Positions 35,489 through 44,659 of a DNA stretch of 64,000 nt are shown piece after piece. Positions within the stretch are counted from its first letter, which is position 1. Each line of letters begins with the position of its first letter. The notes below the pieces were generated by a model. That model was not told where the DNA came from. It did no database searches and was given only the letters and a program-made list of their open reading frames with translations. Both the position numbers and the translations under genes were made by a program. The stretch is from an uncultured Candidatus Peribacteria bacterium. GTDB taxonomy: Bacteria; Patescibacteriota; Gracilibacteria; Peribacterales; Peribacteraceae. The DNA lies in assembly GCA_964635215.1 (NCBI GenBank), contig CAZWNJ010000001.1, forward strand, positions 254,741-318,740, given 5' to 3'.

Positions 35489-37156
35489 GTGACCCGCATT
35501 GCGATCATCGCCGGCGCCGGCCCGGCCGGCCTCACCGCCGCCTACGAGCTCCTGGAGCGCACGGACATCGTGCCGATCGTCTGCGAGGCGACGGACGCCA
35601 TTGGCGGCATCGCGCGCACTCACGTCTACAAAGGCAACCGCATCGACATCGGCGGTCACCGCTTCTTCAGCAAAGAGGAGCGCGTGATGAAGTGGTGGTT
35701 CAACATCCTGCCGCTCCAGGGCCACCCCTCGGCCGACACCGCCGAGAAGGGGCACGAGATCGACTTGGCGACGGAGGCGATCTTGAAGCGCCTGTGCCCC
35801 GAGTGTCTGGAGCCCGGTGACGAGAAGTTGAAGACCGAGCGACGAACCGTGACCGTTCGCCGGCCCGTGCCAGATCCTGAGAAAGAGGATGCCGTCATGC
35901 TCCAGCGGCCGCGTTTGTCGCGCATCTTCTACCGTTCACGCTTCTTCCCGTATCCGATCTCCATCACGCTCTCGGTGGCGCGGCGCCTGGGTCTGTGGAA
36001 CACGTTCCTCATTGGTCTGTCCTACATTAAGCGCAAGATCTTCCCGCTGACGGACGAGACGTACCTCGATGCCTTCTACCGCAACCGCTTCGGCGACCGC
36101 CTCTACGAGACGTTCTTCCGCGGGTACACCGAGAAGGTTTGGGGCGTGAAGTGCGGCGAGATCCGCGCCGATTGGGGGGCTCAGCGTGTGAAGGGGTTGT
36201 CACTGAAGCGGGCCGTCACTCACGCCGTGAAAGACTTGCTCTCAAGTGACTTCAAGAAGCAGCAGCAGGAGCGCGAGACGTCGCTCATTACGCGCTTCTT
36301 CTACCCGAAGTTCGGGCCGGGACAGATGTGGGAGACGGTCACGGCCCAGGTGAAGAAAGCGGGTGGCGAGGTGCGCATGCAGACGCGCGTCTCGGGCGTG
36401 CACCTGACAGGCGACCGCGTGACATCAGTCACACTAGAGAACGTTCATACGGGCCAGACGACCGAGCAGCCCTGTGACTTCTTCTTCTCGACGATGCCGA
36501 TCAAACACTTGATCGGAATGATGACGCCCCGCCCGCCCGCGGCCGTGACGGAAGTGGCTGACGGTCTGCAGTACCGCGACTTCCTGACAGTCGGACTTCT
36601 CTTGAAGAAACTCCATGTGAAGGAGTGGGGCGAGGCTGTCACCACCGACGTGCCCGATACCTGGATCTATGTGCAGGATGACAGCGTGCGCGTGGGCCGG
36701 GTGCAGTTCTTCAACAACTGGAGCCCGTACATGGTGGCCGACCGCAAGAATACGACCTGGATCGGGCTCGAGTACTTCGTGAACGAGGGGGGTGATCTGT
36801 GGGTGCAGACGGATCAGGCCCTGATCAACCTCGGCATCCAGGAGATGGAGAAGATCGGCCTGGCTCGAAACGAGGACCTCGTCGACGCCTGCGTGCTACG
36901 TATGCCGAAGGCCTACCCGGCGTACTGGGGCAGCTACACACAGCTCGATACCGTCCAGAAGTTCGTGGAGGGTATCTCGAATCTCTACCTCATCGGCCGA
37001 AACGGGATGCACCGCTATAACAACCAAGATCACTCTATGCTCACGGCCATGACCGCCGTCGATAACATCGTGGCCGGACGGACGGACAAGACGAACCTCT
37101 GGGAAGTGAATTTGGACATGGTCTACCACGAAACCAAGGAGAAAGCGGCCTCTTGA
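35489..37156 (+). CDS. FAD/NAD(P)-binding oxidoreductase (amine oxidase / UDP-galactopyranose mutase-like)
   Basis: A GTG start gives [22 protein letters not shown] (GxGxxG) followed by [23 protein letters not shown]. 555 aa. Confidence 0.82.
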   Translation: MTRIAIIAGAGPAGLTAAYELLERTDIVPIVCEATDAIGGIARTHVYKGNRIDIGGHRFFSKEERVMKWWFNILPLQGHPSADTAEKGHEIDLATEAILKRLCPECLEPGDEKLKTERRTVTVRRPVPDPEKEDAVMLQRPRLSRIFYRSRFFPYPISITLSVARRLGLWNTFLIGLSYIKRKIFPLTDETYLDAFYRNRFGDRLYETFFRGYTEKVWGVKCGEIRADWGAQRVKGLSLKRAVTHAVKDLLSSDFKKQQQERETSLITRFFYPKFGPGQMWETVTAQVKKAGGEVRMQTRVSGVHLTGDRVTSVTLENVHTGQTTEQPCDFFFSTMPIKHLIGMMTPRPPAAVTEVADGLQYRDFLTVGLLLKKLHVKEWGEAVTTDVPDTWIYVQDDSVRVGRVQFFNNWSPYMVADRKNTTWIGLEYFVNEGGDLWVQTDQALINLGIQEMEKIGLARNEDLVDACVLRMPKAYPAYWGSYTQLDTVQKFVEGISNLYLIGRNGMHRYNNQDHSMLTAMTAVDNIVAGRTDKTNLWEVNLDMVYHETKEKAAS

Positions 37157-37248
37157 TGGTGTTTGTGGATATTGCATAATAATATAAATATTGTACGATA
37201 ATCATCCGGCCAAGGAGTTGCCGGGTGTCCCTTTCAGGAGGAAACGTC

Positions 37249-37449
37249 ATGGTCAGAATGGTTTGGGTCTTTCTGCTCCTCTGTGTCCTGCTTGGCTGCC
37301 AAGCCCCGCCGAGACAACGGATTACCGTCGGCGTGCGCGTCTCACCGCCGCCCGGTCGCCGCCACACGGCAGCTAAGATCCCGATCGATCTGCGGATCGA
37401 CTATGAATGGGGTGTTGAACCAAAGGGGGAGCCGTCTAGTGACGACTGA
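37249..37449 (+). CDS. small putative lipoprotein
   Basis: A strong Shine-Dalgarno (AGGAGG) lies 7 nt before the ATG at 37249. Signal plus lipobox MVRMVWVFLLLCVLLGC. A strong terminator follows. Confidence 0.5.
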   Translation: MVRMVWVFLLLCVLLGCQAPPRQRITVGVRVSPPPGRRHTAAKIPIDLRIDYEWGVEPKGEPSSDD

Positions 37450-37457
37450 GTGTCCCC

Positions 37458-37488
37458 GCGGGTGCCATCCGGCACCCGCTTCTTTTTG
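37458..37488. terminator. bidirectional rho-independent terminator between convergent genes
   Basis: GCGGGTGCC-ATCC-GGCACCCGC followed by TTCTTTTTG. Confidence 0.8.
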
Positions 37489-37491
37489 TGC

Positions 37492-38403
37492 TCAGGCGAG
37501 GTGGGCCGAGTACCACTCCACCGCCTTCTCGACGCCGCGGTCGAGGGGGGTTTTTGGATCGTAACCGAGTATCCGCTTGGCTTTCGAGATATCGGCGACG
37601 TAGCGGAAGATCTCGCCGGTGCGCGACTGGCCGATCGTGATGGCCGAGTTGGACTTGAGCAGGTCCTTCATGCGTTCGGCGACGTGCAGGATGGTCGTGC
37701 CCTGGCCGTAGGCAATGTTGTAGGTGTCGTTCTTGGCGGTCTCAAAGTTCTCAAGGACGCGGATGATGCCCTGGACGGTGTCGTCGACGTAGGTGAAGTC
37801 GAGGCACTTTTCGGCGCCGAAGATCGGCAGCTCGCGTCCGGCCTTGGCCCGGCGGAAGAATTCGGGGATGAGGCGCTCGGAGTCGTCGTACATGCCGTAG
37901 ACGTTGCTGAAGCGCAGGATCACCTGGTCGATGCCGTAGCAACGGCGGTAACTCTCGACCATCGCCTCACCGGCGAATTTGCTGGCCGTGTAGGGGCTCT
38001 CGCAATTCTCGACGCGGACGAGGTCCTCGGTATAGCGCTCGACGCCGATGTTGCCGTAAGTCTCGCGCGAGGAGGCGAAGACGAAGCGCTTTACGTTATT
38101 CTTGCGGGCGTACTCGAGCGCCTGGTAGGTCGTGACCATGTTCTCGAAGGCGCGGTCGGGGTGTTGCACGAGTTCGTAGACGCGAGCGTTGGCGGCCAGG
38201 TGGACAACGACGTCGACGTTGCCCGGCACCGTCGCCATCTGGGCGGGGTCGAGCATATCGGCCACGATCGTGACGGCCTGGACGGACGGTTGCCACTTAT
38301 TAGGAACCCGGTCGACGCCAATCACGTCGTGTCCGGCGGCGAGGAGGGTTTCGCAGAGACGGGTGCCGATGGTGCCGCTGCTACCAGTGACGAGAATGCG
38401 CAT
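37492..38403 (-). CDS. NAD-dependent epimerase/dehydratase (UDP-sugar epimerase or decarboxylase-like)
   Basis: MRILVTGSSGTIGTRL (Rossmann motif), SSRETYG and YTASKFAGE (YxxxK). Starts at the ATG at 38403. Confidence 0.9.
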   Translation of the reverse strand: MRILVTGSSGTIGTRLCETLLAAGHDVIGVDRVPNKWQPSVQAVTIVADMLDPAQMATVPGNVDVVVHLAANARVYELVQHPDRAFENMVTTYQALEYARKNNVKRFVFASSRETYGNIGVERYTEDLVRVENCESPYTASKFAGEAMVESYRRCYGIDQVILRFSNVYGMYDDSERLIPEFFRRAKAGRELPIFGAEKCLDFTYVDDTVQGIIRVLENFETAKNDTYNIAYGQGTTILHVAERMKDLLKSNSAITIGQSRTGEIFRYVADISKAKRILGYDPKTPLDRGVEKAVEWYSAHLA

Positions 38404-38449
38404 GTTCGCGCATGGTAGCGGGTTCCTCTCTGGTACTGTAGTCCTCGTT

Positions 38450-39541
38450 ATGATTACCCTCGTCCTGCCCACCTACAACGAGACGGAGAGCCTGCCGATC
38501 ATCCTGCCGGAGATCGCGAAGGCGCTCGCCGGGCACGAATTCGAGGTGATCATCGTCGATGACGACTCGCCCGACGGCACGGCCGCCCTGGCTCGGACGA
38601 TGGGTGATCAGTATCCCTGGCTGCGCGTCATTCAGCGCGTCGGACGGCGGGGACTCTCGTCGGCCGTCATCGAGGGCTGGCTGGCCGGCCGGGGCGACGT
38701 GTTGGCTGTGGCCGACGCTGATGGGCAGCACGATCTCGCCATCCTCCCGGCGCTCGCCGCCGCGGTGACGGAGGGGGCGGCGGTGGCGATCGGCTCGCGC
38801 TACACGGATGGCGGCAGCACAGGCACCTGGGGCGGTAGCCGCCTGATGCTGAGCCGGCTCGCCACGAAGCTGACGAATCTCTTCTGTCCCAGTCCCGTCA
38901 CGGACCCGATGAGCGGGTTCTTCGTCCTTAGCCGCAGTGCCTTCGAGGGCGTGATGCACAAGCTGCGGCCCAAGGGATTCAAGCTCCTGATGGAGATCCT
39001 CGTGCATTTACCGAAGTCCGCGCGCCTGGCCGAGCGGCCCTACACCTTCCGCGAACGGCGGGCGGGGACGAGCAAGATGTCGCTCAAGGTGGAGGTGGAG
39101 TTTTTGGAATCGCTCTACGACCTGACGATCGGCCGGATCTTCCCGCTCCTGTTACTGAAGTATTGCGTGGTGGGTGCGCTCGGCATCCTCGTGAACCTGC
39201 TCACCTTCCGTCTGCTCGTGCAGTTCTTCCCGGTTACAGCGCAGCCGGGCTGGCTTGGGGCGACGACGGCGCTGCTCTGGGCGACGGAGGCGGCCATCCT
39301 GTTCAACTTCCTCCTGAACAACGTCTGGACCTTCCGCAGTGCCCGTCTGAAGGGCCTGCAGCTCGTCCGCGGTCTCATCACCTACCACGCCGCCTGCGCG
39401 CTCGGTGCCTTCGCCAATACGGCCGCCAGCACGCTCCTCATTCTCCGCGGCTTCAACGAGATCACGGCCTTGGCGATCGGCGCCGCCATGGCCGCGGCCT
39501 GGAACTACACTATGAGCCGCATGCTCACCTGGCGTGAATGA
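38450..39541 (+). CDS. GT2 polyprenol-phosphate glycosyltransferase fused to a GtrA-like membrane domain
   Basis: MITLVLPTYNETESLP, IIVDDDSPDGT, VADADGQHD (DxD), then four C-terminal TM helices with the GtrA pattern (KYCVVGALGILVNL...). Confidence 0.88.
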   Translation: MITLVLPTYNETESLPIILPEIAKALAGHEFEVIIVDDDSPDGTAALARTMGDQYPWLRVIQRVGRRGLSSAVIEGWLAGRGDVLAVADADGQHDLAILPALAAAVTEGAAVAIGSRYTDGGSTGTWGGSRLMLSRLATKLTNLFCPSPVTDPMSGFFVLSRSAFEGVMHKLRPKGFKLLMEILVHLPKSARLAERPYTFRERRAGTSKMSLKVEVEFLESLYDLTIGRIFPLLLLKYCVVGALGILVNLLTFRLLVQFFPVTAQPGWLGATTALLWATEAAILFNFLLNNVWTFRSARLKGLQLVRGLITYHAACALGAFANTAASTLLILRGFNEITALAIGAAMAAAWNYTMSRMLTWRE

Positions 39542-39546
39542 GGCAC

Positions 39547-39575
39547 AAAAAAGCCGGCCCGCGGCCGGCTTTTTC
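39547..39575. terminator. bidirectional rho-independent terminator
   Basis: AAAAAAGCCGGCC-CGC-GGCCGGCTTTTT, with an A-run and a T-run flanking a GC-rich stem. Confidence 0.8.
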
Positions 39576-39592
39576 TGGAAGGCAGAGAGGAA

Positions 39593-39853
39593 TTACTTGC
39601 GGTAGGCGAGCATGCCCATGAAGCGGGCGCGCTCGACGGCCTGGCGGAGCATCTTCTGGTGCTTCAGGCAGACGCCGGTGTAGTACTTGGCGCGGATGTT
39701 GCCGAAGTAGTCGATGAACGGCTTGATCGTGGGGTAATCCTTGTAGTCGATGTACGCCACGTGCTTAGGATCGAAAGGGCACGTCTTGAGGCGCGGATCG
39801 CTGCGCTGCTGCTTCTGCTGGTTCTGGTAGGAGGGTTTCTTGGCGGTAGCCAT
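39593..39853 (-). CDS. rpsR: 30S ribosomal protein S18
   Basis: CPFDPKHVAYIDYKDYPTIKPFIDYFGNIRAKYYTGVCLKHQKMLRQAVERARFMGMLAY. Confidence 0.93.
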   Translation of the reverse strand: MATAKKPSYQNQQKQQRSDPRLKTCPFDPKHVAYIDYKDYPTIKPFIDYFGNIRAKYYTGVCLKHQKMLRQAVERARFMGMLAYRK

Positions 39854-39867
39854 GGGTGAGGGGGGAG

Positions 39868-40425
39868 TCAGATATCGAGGTTGTCGGACGACAGGATCTT
39901 ATCGAGCTGCTGATCGACATCGCCGGCGGCGGCCTTCTTCTCGACGGGCTTCTTGCGCACAACATCGCTGCGTTTAGCATCACGCTTAGCTTTCTCGACA
40001 ACGCGCTCCTCAAGTTTCTTGGCCTTCTCGTTCTCGCGCTCCTGCTCCTCGACGTGGCGGTGTTCCAGCCACTCCTCGTAGCGCTTGGCGTACGAGACGA
40101 TCTCATAGTTCTTCGGAGGCTTCACCACCAGGTGGCGAAGGAGACCCTTCGTGATCTTCAGGGCCTGATCAACCTCGGTCACTTTCGCTGGGTCCATCTC
40201 GACGTAGTAGATGACGTAGGTGCCTTCGTTGTAGCCGCCAATCGGGTAGGCCAAACCGCGGCGTCCCCAGGCGTCCTTGGAGACCATGATGGCGCCAGCT
40301 TCGGCAAAGATCCCGTCGATCTCCTTCAGGAGAGTTGCCTCTTCCTTCTGGGTCATCGGGTAGGGGTACAAGACGCAGAATTCGTAGAGACGTGCGTCCT
40401 CGTCTTTGAGGGTATAGGGGGTCAT
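39868..40425 (-). CDS. rpsF: 30S ribosomal protein S6 with Lys/Glu-rich C-terminal extension
   Basis: YEFCVLYPYPMTQKEEATLLKEIDGIF...WGRRGLAYPIGGYNEGTYVIYYVEM. It sits directly upstream of rpsR with no ssb between them. Confidence 0.9.
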   Translation of the reverse strand: MTPYTLKDEDARLYEFCVLYPYPMTQKEEATLLKEIDGIFAEAGAIMVSKDAWGRRGLAYPIGGYNEGTYVIYYVEMDPAKVTEVDQALKITKGLLRHLVVKPPKNYEIVSYAKRYEEWLEHRHVEEQERENEKAKKLEERVVEKAKRDAKRSDVVRKKPVEKKAAAGDVDQQLDKILSSDNLDI

Positions 40426-40526
40426 AGGGCTTCTATGGGCAAGCCCGGCGGCGAAGGCCGCCAGGAGAAAAGCGGGACGATCCTACGGGGACCGCGGGGG
40501 AACGTCAAGCAGGCTCAACACGAGAT

Positions 40527-41051
40527 TTAGGCCTTGGCCTCGTAGGCCGCGCGGCTCTGGATCACGAGTTCCTTCGCGGCAGCCGCGGGGCGCCAGTCAC
40601 CGATGGTGACAGTCTTGCCTTCCAACTGCTTGTACGTGACGAAGAAGTGGCCGATCTCGTCGAGGATGGGCTTCGGCACATCGTTGATGTCCTTGATGTG
40701 ATTGAAGCGCGGGTCACTCTTGGGGACACAGAGCACCTTGTCGTCCGGATCGCCGCTGTCGACCATGCCGAGCACGCCGACTGGGCGGGCGGGGATGACG
40801 ACACCCGGGAGGGTTGGGGCGTTCATGAGGACGAGGGCGTCGAGTGGGTCGCCGTCCTGGGCGAGGGTCTTTGGCACAAATCCGTAATCCGCCGGATAGT
40901 GGAAGGGCGAGAAGAGGACGCGGTCGAGGAAGACGAAACCGCTCTCCTTGTCGAACTCGTACTTGTTCGAGGAGCCTTTGGGGATTTCGACGAGGACATT
41001 GATCTCGTCGGGAAGTTTCTTACCGGGGCCGAGGGCGTCGAGGTTGGGCAT
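40527..41051 (-). CDS. ppa: inorganic pyrophosphatase (family I)
   Basis: VLVEIPKGSSNKYEFDKESG, DGDPLDALVL and DDKVLCVP motifs. Confidence 0.93.
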   Translation of the reverse strand: MPNLDALGPGKKLPDEINVLVEIPKGSSNKYEFDKESGFVFLDRVLFSPFHYPADYGFVPKTLAQDGDPLDALVLMNAPTLPGVVIPARPVGVLGMVDSGDPDDKVLCVPKSDPRFNHIKDINDVPKPILDEIGHFFVTYKQLEGKTVTIGDWRPAAAAKELVIQSRAAYEAKA

Positions 41052-41077
41052 ACGGCGGGGAGTGTATCAGGCTGGCT

Positions 41078-42070
41078 TCAGTCGCCATAGGCCAGTTCGC
41101 CGTCGGCGACGGCTTTCTGGCAGGCTGGTTGATCCGCATCTGGAAGCGCTGGGCAGAGGCTCCGGCCATGTTCGGGGTCGGCGAAGTGCACAATCTCATA
41201 GCTGATGAGACCCTCGATACACGCCGCCCGGTTGGTGCCGCCGAGTCCAGTGCAGGCAACGACGGCGGTGAGGGGCTCAGTGATGTGCGCTTTCATGGCG
41301 GCGCTGCCGAGGCCCTTCAGGCAGAGCGGGACCGTGAGCGGATCGGACGCCTGACACCAGGTGACGGCCGCCGCGTACTCGTCGGGGTGCAGGGCCAGGA
41401 AGGCACGAGGTGCGTAGAAGGCGCAGACGTTACGGTCGCCCAGTTCTCGGCCACGGCAGACGGCGAATGGATCAGCAGTGTCGTCCCCGGGAGCGGTGGG
41501 CGGAGTGGGATGTCCATTGGAGGCGAAGTGCTCCATGAAGACGCCTTCGGCACACTTTGCTTTCTGGAAGAGGTGGTCGAGCGTGTGACAGAGGGTGAGG
41601 CTGTGATCGATGTCGTCGTTGTACGCGGCCATGAGACCGTGGCCGAGACCATGGAAGCATTTGGGGCTGCCGGGCGGACAGGCCGCCGCGAAGAGGGCGG
41701 GGACGTCGGCGTCCGGGACACCTGCAAAGCGCGCCTCAATCACGCCGTGTAGATAGCCCGAGCCGCAGATGTCGTCCTCGTAGCGCAGGGCGTCTTGAAA
41801 GCCATAGCGGTCGAGTGCGGCGTGCCCGATCTGGTGGGCGAGACCGTGACAGGCGGTGGCGAGCTCACTGTCGGCGCCGTCGGCGATAGAGCGCAAGCGT
41901 TCGAGGGCAGTGCGAGCGCCGTCGAGGGCAGTCATGGCCTGTAGCTCATCGCTCATGACGACGAAACGTTCGGGGAGCGGATCGGGATAGTGGACGATGA
42001 AGACGATCCCGCTGGCGACGGCGAGAAACAACAAGACAGCCAGGCCGACAGGGAAGATCATGCGGCGCAT
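41078..42070 (-). CDS. hypothetical membrane-anchored Cys/His-rich repeat protein
   Basis: MRRMIFPVGLAVLLFLAVASGIVFIV anchor followed by about 16 Cys, with recurring C-x-x-G-h-h modules (CHGLAHQIGH, CGSGYLHG, CFHGLGHG, CAEGVFME, CLKGLGSA, CIEGLISY). The start is set at the ATG at 42070 because the longer ORF would overlap tRNA-Arg. Confidence 0.7.
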   Translation of the reverse strand: MRRMIFPVGLAVLLFLAVASGIVFIVHYPDPLPERFVVMSDELQAMTALDGARTALERLRSIADGADSELATACHGLAHQIGHAALDRYGFQDALRYEDDICGSGYLHGVIEARFAGVPDADVPALFAAACPPGSPKCFHGLGHGLMAAYNDDIDHSLTLCHTLDHLFQKAKCAEGVFMEHFASNGHPTPPTAPGDDTADPFAVCRGRELGDRNVCAFYAPRAFLALHPDEYAAAVTWCQASDPLTVPLCLKGLGSAAMKAHITEPLTAVVACTGLGGTNRAACIEGLISYEIVHFADPEHGRSLCPALPDADQPACQKAVADGELAYGD

Positions 42071-42094
42071 CGGAACACAGTATACTGAGAGCAC

Positions 42095-42169
42095 GGCCCT
42101 GTAGTTCAATGGATAGAACAACCCCGTCCTAAGGGGTGGATGTAGGTTCGATTCCTACCGGGGCTACCA
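42095..42169 (+). tRNA. tRNA-Arg (anticodon CCU), CCA encoded
   Basis: GGCCCTG TA GTTC AATGGATA GAAC A ACCCC GTCCTAA GGGGT GGAT GTAGG TTCGATT CCTAC CGGGGCT A CCA. The acceptor stem has two G-U pairs, and position 32 is an unusual G. Confidence 0.8.
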
Positions 42170-42175
42170 GCCACC

Positions 42176-42598
42176 ATGCCTCACGATTCAACCCCTCTAC
42201 CGGCAGACATGGAGGAAGTTGCGATCGCACTACGACAGACCCAATCGCGCACCGAGTGCCTGCGCCTGGCGTACGATCTGCTGACCGAGAGATACCACGG
42301 CGACCGCCTAAAAACGTACACGCACTTCTATGAATTCTTCCCTCGGTCATTGGCTGAGGTCTGGTCGAGAAGGGGGTTTCTCCACTGTACGAACATCAAC
42401 TGGATTCTGCGCACGCTCCTCATTGCGAGCGGCCATTTTTTGGCCGCCGATCTTCGCACGCGATGGACGCTCATCTGGTGGTTCTCGCCGCACCAGTACC
42501 TGCGTGTTCGTCTGGAAGACGGGACGTGGATGGCGATCGACGTCTGGGCGCAGCGCTACGGCGTCGGGTTTGGCGATTACGCGCACGGTTTCCAGTGA
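42176..42598 (+). CDS. transglutaminase-like (papain-fold Cys-His-Asp) domain protein
   Basis: RGFLHCTNINWILRTLLIASG (Cys), SPHQYLRVRLEDGTW (His) and MAIDVW (Asp), in the order and spacing of the transglutaminase core. The ATG lies 7 nt after the tRNA CCA end. Confidence 0.6.
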   Translation: MPHDSTPLPADMEEVAIALRQTQSRTECLRLAYDLLTERYHGDRLKTYTHFYEFFPRSLAEVWSRRGFLHCTNINWILRTLLIASGHFLAADLRTRWTLIWWFSPHQYLRVRLEDGTWMAIDVWAQRYGVGFGDYAHGFQ

Positions 42599-42700
42599 CC
42601 CATGTCTCCTTCTTCTCCTTCGCGCGCTGCCCCGACGGGGCAGCGGCTTTGTTTCCGCATGAGCGTTCGCTTCTATCTCCGGAAGTAGAATTCACCTATA

Positions 42701-43573
42701 ATGTTAGTAATGTTTCGCATCGACCCCTCTGACGAACTCACCAGCGCCATTCTCCACCTGGTGGCAGAGCGCCCGGGCTTGTCCGTGGCCGAGCTTCATA
42801 CCGCGCTAAAGAAAAAGAAGAGCGTGACGCTCCAGCACCTCTATCGCAAGCTGAACCAGCTGATCGAGGAGGAGATCTTGCTGAAGCGAAAGAGCCGGCT
42901 GACAATGAACCTTCTCTGGCTGACGTACCTCCAGTTCTTCGCCTCCGAGGCGAAGGAGGCGTTGGCGAAAGAGAAGACATTGAATGTGTTCCCCATGAAG
43001 AAGGGGCAGCGTATGTCGTTCCCCGCGCAAACGATGAATGAGGTGCAGACCCTGTGGCACCACCTGCTCGTACAGCTTCACCGTCTACAGCCCCAGAAGA
43101 AGCTCCATAAGTACTATTCCCACGCTTGGTGGGTCTGGAATAAGCACACACTTGATATCGCCTTCTACAAGAAAATTCTCACCAGCGGAGTGCGCTGCCT
43201 CTGGCTCTACGGCAATAACACCCATCTCGATCGCGGGGCAGTGACGATGTATCCCGATCTGATCGATTCACGAATCGCGCTCGATGCGCCGTTTCCGGCC
43301 GAGGGGTACAACCTCAACGTCTACGGTGACTACGTCTTTGAGTGCACGTTCCCCTCGCATATTGCGCGGCACCTGGATTTAGTCTTCCACTCCGTGCAAC
43401 CAGAGGACCAGAAGGATCTGGCGATCATCGACGACATCTTCGAGATGGAAGGGGACTTCAAGATCACGGTCTGGAACAACCCGACCCTGGCTCTGAAGTT
43501 TCAGAAGGACATCGAGAAGTACTTTCTCTTCGGCGCCAGGCTCATGCCGGAGGCAGGGGAAGAGAGAAACTAA
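42701..43573 (+). CDS. hypothetical protein with N-terminal winged-helix-like segment
   Basis: ILHLVAERPGLSVAELHTALKKKKSVTLQHLYRKLNQLIEEEILLKR looks like a wHTH; the remaining ~210 aa are unrecognised. TATAAT at 42697-42702 overlaps the first ATG, so the ATG at 42710 could be a leaderless start. Confidence 0.62.
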   Translation: MLVMFRIDPSDELTSAILHLVAERPGLSVAELHTALKKKKSVTLQHLYRKLNQLIEEEILLKRKSRLTMNLLWLTYLQFFASEAKEALAKEKTLNVFPMKKGQRMSFPAQTMNEVQTLWHHLLVQLHRLQPQKKLHKYYSHAWWVWNKHTLDIAFYKKILTSGVRCLWLYGNNTHLDRGAVTMYPDLIDSRIALDAPFPAEGYNLNVYGDYVFECTFPSHIARHLDLVFHSVQPEDQKDLAIIDDIFEMEGDFKITVWNNPTLALKFQKDIEKYFLFGARLMPEAGEERN

Positions 43574-43716
43574 CAGAAAAGGTTAATGAACTAAAATGGT
43601 TATTTTTGGCTTCAATAAGCCAATATTTCCTTATGTGAGCCGGTGGTTCGTGAGGTAATGGGCGTGTCCCTCCCCCAGGGAGAGATACGGACAAGACCGT
43701 TCATTACCACCACCAC

Positions 43717-44583
43717 ATGAAGGAGACTGAGATGAGCACGCAGAACCTGTCGAACGCGATCGAGAAGGCCTTGGCGATCATCGAGGCACGCTACGGCCAC
43801 GGGGCCGCGAACGAGAACGAGTTGGCCTTCCACGGCGTCCGCCACACGCGCGGCGTCGTGAACCGGGCCGTCACCTTGGCCACGGCCATGGGCGGGTCCG
43901 CACAGGACATCGATCTGGCCGGTATCGCCGGCGCGTTCCACGACACGGTCCAGAACTGGGAGGAATTCACTCGGGCTGACGGTGCGACCATGCGTAAGCG
44001 TTTCGCCGGCCAGAACGAGAAGGATTCCGCCATCGAGGCCGTTCACTGGATGCGCCAGACCGGTAACTACAGCGAGAGTGCCGAAGCGCTGGTGACCGAG
44101 GCCATCCTCGCCACGGTCCCGGGGTGGAACCCCGAGCAGAAGACGGTGATCCAACCGAATCTCCGCCCGGACAGCCATCTCGTCGTCCGCGCCGTCGCTC
44201 TGGCCGATCTCGGCACCGGCGGCATGGAAGGCGAGGTCTTCGTTCAAGAGGGCGACCCCCTCTTCCGCGAGGAGAACCTCGACATCGCTCGGGCCATCCG
44301 AGCGGCGACGATCCGAAACGACATTCTTGAGGAGACGCAACAGCGCTTCCGCACCCGAATGCTCGCATGGACGCAGTCGCAAGTGACGTTCGCGGCTGGC
44401 CGCAAGGCTCTGCTCGAAGCGGAACTGGGTTACCTGACCGCTCCCGCGCAGGAGCAGGTCCGCTTGCTCTTCAGCCACTTCGATGAGGCCATCACGGCTT
44501 CCGCCGCCCTCGTCACCGAGCGCAGCACGCTCTCCTTCTGGGACTTGGCCGCCGCCATGGGATACGCGATTCCCGCGGCCTGA
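43717..44583 (+). CDS. HD-domain phosphohydrolase-like protein
   Basis: FHGVRHTRGV ... IAGAFHDTVQ ... VALADLG supplies the H...HD...D pattern. There is strong GC3 bias in this frame. The ATG at 43732 has the better Shine-Dalgarno (AAGGAG). The 346-aa antisense ORF is rejected. Confidence 0.7.
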   Translation: MKETEMSTQNLSNAIEKALAIIEARYGHGAANENELAFHGVRHTRGVVNRAVTLATAMGGSAQDIDLAGIAGAFHDTVQNWEEFTRADGATMRKRFAGQNEKDSAIEAVHWMRQTGNYSESAEALVTEAILATVPGWNPEQKTVIQPNLRPDSHLVVRAVALADLGTGGMEGEVFVQEGDPLFREENLDIARAIRAATIRNDILEETQQRFRTRMLAWTQSQVTFAAGRKALLEAELGYLTAPAQEQVRLLFSHFDEAITASAALVTERSTLSFWDLAAAMGYAIPAA

Positions 44584-44614
44584 GTCTCCCCGTTGATGGT
44601 TCATGTTTTGTCCC

Positions 44615-44643
44615 GCACCCAGTCTCTGACTGGGTGCTTTTTT
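44615..44643 (+). terminator. rho-independent terminator
   Basis: GCACCCAGT-CTCTG-ACTGGGTGC followed by TTTTTTG. Confidence 0.8.
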
Positions 44644-44659
44644 GTCGTACACTGAAAGA

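Noticed and set aside
37450-38418. Long ORFs antisense to well-supported genes. Examples: 37450-38418(+), 45698-46699(+), 48516-49871(+), 49926-51074(+), 32610-33755(-), 43612-44652(-), 17309-18148(-), 56041-56913(-), 4560-5534(+).
   Set aside because: Their translations are Arg/Gly/Ala/Asp-rich with no motifs, and each overlaps a gene with a clear family signature on the other strand. This is the expected stop-codon-poor antisense frame of a high-GC genome.
40426-40526. Possible rpsF (S6:S18) autoregulatory leader upstream of rpsF.
   Set aside because: I see only a generic GC hairpin (GGCGGC-CTTC-GCCGCC) and a promoter-like TTGACG-17-TAGGAT. I cannot match it to the known leader motif from memory.
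42176-42598. Lasso-peptide B2 protease interpretation of the 140-aa transglutaminase-like protein.
   Set aside because: No lasso cyclase (asparagine-synthetase-like C protein), PqqD-like RRE or precursor-like small ORF is nearby.
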